IMG/VR virus record: IMGVR_UViG_3300017987_000006
Coordinates: 1 to 64,000 of that record
From: a virus
Length of the DNA stretch: 64,000 nucleotides
Strand: one strand, 5' to 3'
A program made the translations under genes and the position numbers. Under the pieces are notes generated by a model, which worked only from the letters and a program-made list of their open reading frames with translations, was not told the DNA's origin and searched no databases. Of this stretch, positions 61,902-64,000 are shown piece by piece (position 1 is the stretch's first letter; each line of letters opens with the position of its first letter).

Positions 61902-62318
61902 ATGAGTTACCACAGCGTAGAAGTTTTGAAGCGTGCCCTTGTCAAGATGGCTCAGGACACACAGACTGGGGACGACGAGGGCAACCTCATCCAGGGGTCC
62001 CAAGGCGAGATGGTTCCGGAGTTGCTGCAACCCGACAAGGGGCCCGGACGTGGCCCTCGTGGGGAAGAGGAGACCATGACGGCGGGGTCTGAGGACGAGG
62101 CCGAGAAAAACCGGATGGGATATCTGAAGGACGCCTTCACCCAGTTCGATCCAGACGCCAAGAAGACGGGAAACGAGCTGAGGGGGCTGCTGGACGGTTT
62201 TGGTCCCAAGGCCATCGTCTCCAAGGCCCAGGCGGAGGACGCTGCTACAAAGACAGGGTCTGCACGCCTTGGCGCATTCTCTGACGAGCTGAAGAAGATC
62301 TACGCCGCAGCGCAGTGA
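61902..62318 (+). CDS. Putative virion protein with DELKKI motif
   Basis: AGGAG SD; AFSDELKKI. Confidence 0.6.
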   Translation: MSYHSVEVLKRALVKMAQDTQTGDDEGNLIQGSQGEMVPELLQPDKGPGRGPRGEEETMTAGSEDEAEKNRMGYLKDAFTQFDPDAKKTGNELRGLLDGFGPKAIVSKAQAEDAATKTGSARLGAFSDELKKIYAAAQ

Positions 62319-62321
62319 TCT

Positions 62322-63113
62322 GTGAACCCGCTCGACGATGTCATAGAGGCTCTCGACATCCAGGAGGAGATGGAGAAGGAGAGCTTCGCCTTTCGGCCAA
62401 AGAAGCCGTTTAGTCAGCGGGAGCACGACGAGCTCCAGATGTGGCAGACTTGGAATTCCAAGGGGAGGAAGCCGAACCACTTGAGGCCCCTGGTCAAGTC
62501 GCTCCAACCGCTGGTACAACATCGCGCAAAGATCTTCCAGAACAAGCTGCGGGACATCCCACCCGCAGCGATCGAGGCGGAGTTCGACGATCGGTTGCTG
62601 GACGCCCTGTCCACGTTCAACCCAGAAAAGGGCCGGATGAAGACGTGGGTGACACGGAATCTGATGAAGGCCAACCGGTTCATCAACACCTACCAGAACC
62701 CGGGCCGCATCGGTGAGAAGCGGATATACGACATCTCGAAGTTTCAGAACGCTGAGGGATTCCTAAGAGATCAACTTGGTAGATCGCCAACGGTTCACGA
62801 GATCGCAGATCATGCCAAGATGCCGGTACGCGAGGCCGAGCTGTTGCGTTCAGAGGTCCGTAAGGCGATGCCCATCGGCCAGCTTGAGGTAGACCCAACC
62901 ATCGTCAGGCCATCCAGGACAAAGGAGGTCATGCGGCTTCTTCCATACGATTTGACTCCTGATGAGAACGCGGTGTTTGAGTATGTGCATGGGGTGGCTG
63001 GAAAGCCTAAACTTGGGACAAACGACATAGCGAAGAAGATGGGACTCAGTGCCCCAAAAGTCTCCAGGATCAAAAGCCAGATAGCAACGAAGTGGCGCAA
63101 GTACGATGGCTGA
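62322..63113 (+). CDS. Sigma-70 family RNA polymerase sigma factor (regions 2, 3, 4)
   Basis: LVKSLQPLVQHRAK...ALSTFNPEKGRMKTW (r2), QLGRSPTVHEIA (r3), LTPDENAVF...TNDIAKKMGLSAPKVSRI (r4). Confidence 0.85.
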   Translation: MNPLDDVIEALDIQEEMEKESFAFRPKKPFSQREHDELQMWQTWNSKGRKPNHLRPLVKSLQPLVQHRAKIFQNKLRDIPPAAIEAEFDDRLLDALSTFNPEKGRMKTWVTRNLMKANRFINTYQNPGRIGEKRIYDISKFQNAEGFLRDQLGRSPTVHEIADHAKMPVREAELLRSEVRKAMPIGQLEVDPTIVRPSRTKEVMRLLPYDLTPDENAVFEYVHGVAGKPKLGTNDIAKKMGLSAPKVSRIKSQIATKWRKYDG

Positions 63114-63330
63114 TAGTCAAAAGAAGATCGCCAGAGATCGAAGGCTCGAACAGCTCGAGCAAGCAGTGCAGCAGTACGCGCTACGGAAGAAGGAGCGTTT
63201 GGAGGCGGACGTGGCATTTATGCAGTCCGTCATCGATAGCAGGACTGGGGCCGGACAGCTCTCTAGTCAATCGGTGTTCGACGCATCAAACCTTTTGGCT
63301 GAGAGCATTAACAGATTCTTGGAGGGGTAA
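63106..63330 (+). CDS. Hypothetical protein
   Basis: Overlaps sigma stop. Confidence 0.6.
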   Translation: MADSQKKIARDRRLEQLEQAVQQYALRKKERLEADVAFMQSVIDSRTGAGQLSSQSVFDASNLLAESINRFLEG

Positions 63331-63615
63331 ATGAGTGGAGAAAAGACGGGCGTGTTGGAGCTGGAGCCGGATGAGATTATGGCTGTGGAGTTAGTCATGA
63401 CCAAGAGCCTTCTGGCATCGTACAAAGAGAAGTCGGCCTCGTTGCAGATCGAGCTGTTGAAACATCAGCTCCAGCAGGTACGTGATGAGGCGGCCAAGGC
63501 AGCACGTGATGAGGCAATCCTGCTGGCCAAGCTGGGGACAGCACGAGGTTTGGGGGGTAGGATAGTGTCGGCAAAGTCGATAGGTGGGGGCCGTCTGGCC
63601 TACGAAGTAGAGTAA
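63331..63615 (+). CDS. Hypothetical coiled-coil protein
   Basis: GGAGGGG SD. Confidence 0.6.
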   Translation: MSGEKTGVLELEPDEIMAVELVMTKSLLASYKEKSASLQIELLKHQLQQVRDEAAKAARDEAILLAKLGTARGLGGRIVSAKSIGGGRLAYEVE

Positions 63616-63620
63616 GATAT

Positions 63621-63649
63621 TTCCCATCGGGGCGGCGTTGTTGTAGAAT
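63621..63649 (+). promoter_or_regulatory. Possible sigma-70 promoter
   Basis: TTCCCA-N17-TAGAAT with TG extension. Confidence 0.45.
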
Positions 63650-63661
63650 CGGAGCAACGAA

Positions 63662-63952
63662 ATGGCAGTAGTTGCCAGAAAGAGAGACCCACTCTCGGAA
63701 CGGATAAGGGAGCGAGTCGAACTGACTGGCGCTCTGGATGGGGTGAACAGGACTTACTCGATTCCGGATGTGCAGGGAGCAATCCACGTGCCACCAAAAA
63801 GACAGGTGAAGGTCTGGCATGGGACGAGAATGGTTCAGCCATCTGAGTTTGACGTTACGGAGGCGTCGCCTGGGGTCGTTACAGCGGTGACTTTGATCTT
63901 CGCGCCGCACAGCACGGGAAAAGTCTACGCGGACTATGTGACCGCAAGCTAA
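63662..63952 (+). CDS. Small beta-rich putative virion decoration protein
   Basis: LTGALDGVNRTYSI...VYADYV resembles phage fiber/decoration modules from memory. Confidence 0.5.
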   Translation: MAVVARKRDPLSERIRERVELTGALDGVNRTYSIPDVQGAIHVPPKRQVKVWHGTRMVQPSEFDVTEASPGVVTAVTLIFAPHSTGKVYADYVTAS

Positions 63953-63976
63953 CAATTCTGGAAGGAGTGCACGAAA

Positions 63977-64000
63977 ATGACAGTACGACCAGGTCTGATC
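63977..64000 (+). CDS. Start of a gene truncated by window end
   Basis: AAGGAG SD, ATG 63977, MTVRPGLI. Confidence 0.5.

Noticed and set aside
4702-62522. Long antisense ORFs (e.g. 4702-5745, 22969-24030, 38092-39249, 61344-62522)
   Set aside because: Shadow frames opposite well-supported genes, expected from GC-rich codon bias; no motifs or SDs.
1-64000. Alternative genetic code (stop-codon reassignment)
   Set aside because: Genes tile densely under the standard code, and TAA, TAG and TGA all end genes, with frequent ATGA/GTGA overlaps.
1-64000. Integrase, transposase, reverse transcriptase/DGR, intron or intein
   Set aside because: No recombinase, DDE, RT (YxDD) or intein motifs were recognised in any ORF of this window.

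Overview
This window looks like part of a large, GC-rich tailed (probably myo-type, jumbo-like) bacteriophage genome. It has about 130 tightly packed genes and no integrase or rRNA. Two remembered sequence resemblances weakly suggest a Myxococcota/deltaproteobacterial host. Layout: (1) 1-39.4 kb is a + strand run of mostly small unknown genes. Recognisable products are a RecD2 C-terminus, a P-loop kinase and a HAD phosphatase, a protein carrying an orphan RpoD region-4 domain, a gene pair with a -1 slippery site, a Topo VI-A-like Toprim protein, GroES, a DUF3223-like protein, an amidase endolysin, a DEDDh exonuclease and a matrixin-type protease. (2) 40.6-50.5 kb is a - strand block that includes an ATP-dependent DNA ligase. 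(3) 51.2-51.6 kb is an RNA locus with a CAT-anticodon tRNA. (4) 52-64 kb holds virion genes (tape-measure-like, baseplate-hub-like) and a sigma-70 family factor. The standout is at 39.47-41.43 kb. A solitary Cas7/RAMP-like gene is followed about 20 bp later by a 1.1 kb non-coding array that is not a CRISPR. The array has about 33 non-identical units, each made of 3-9 pentamers (mostly GG/GA-NNN on +) closed by GTC, so most unit lengths are 5n+3. An intrinsic terminator oriented for the gene's strand closes the array. This is a candidate RNA-guided system with a 5-nt-periodic, non-CRISPR guide array. All annotation is by eye from motifs; no database searches were run.
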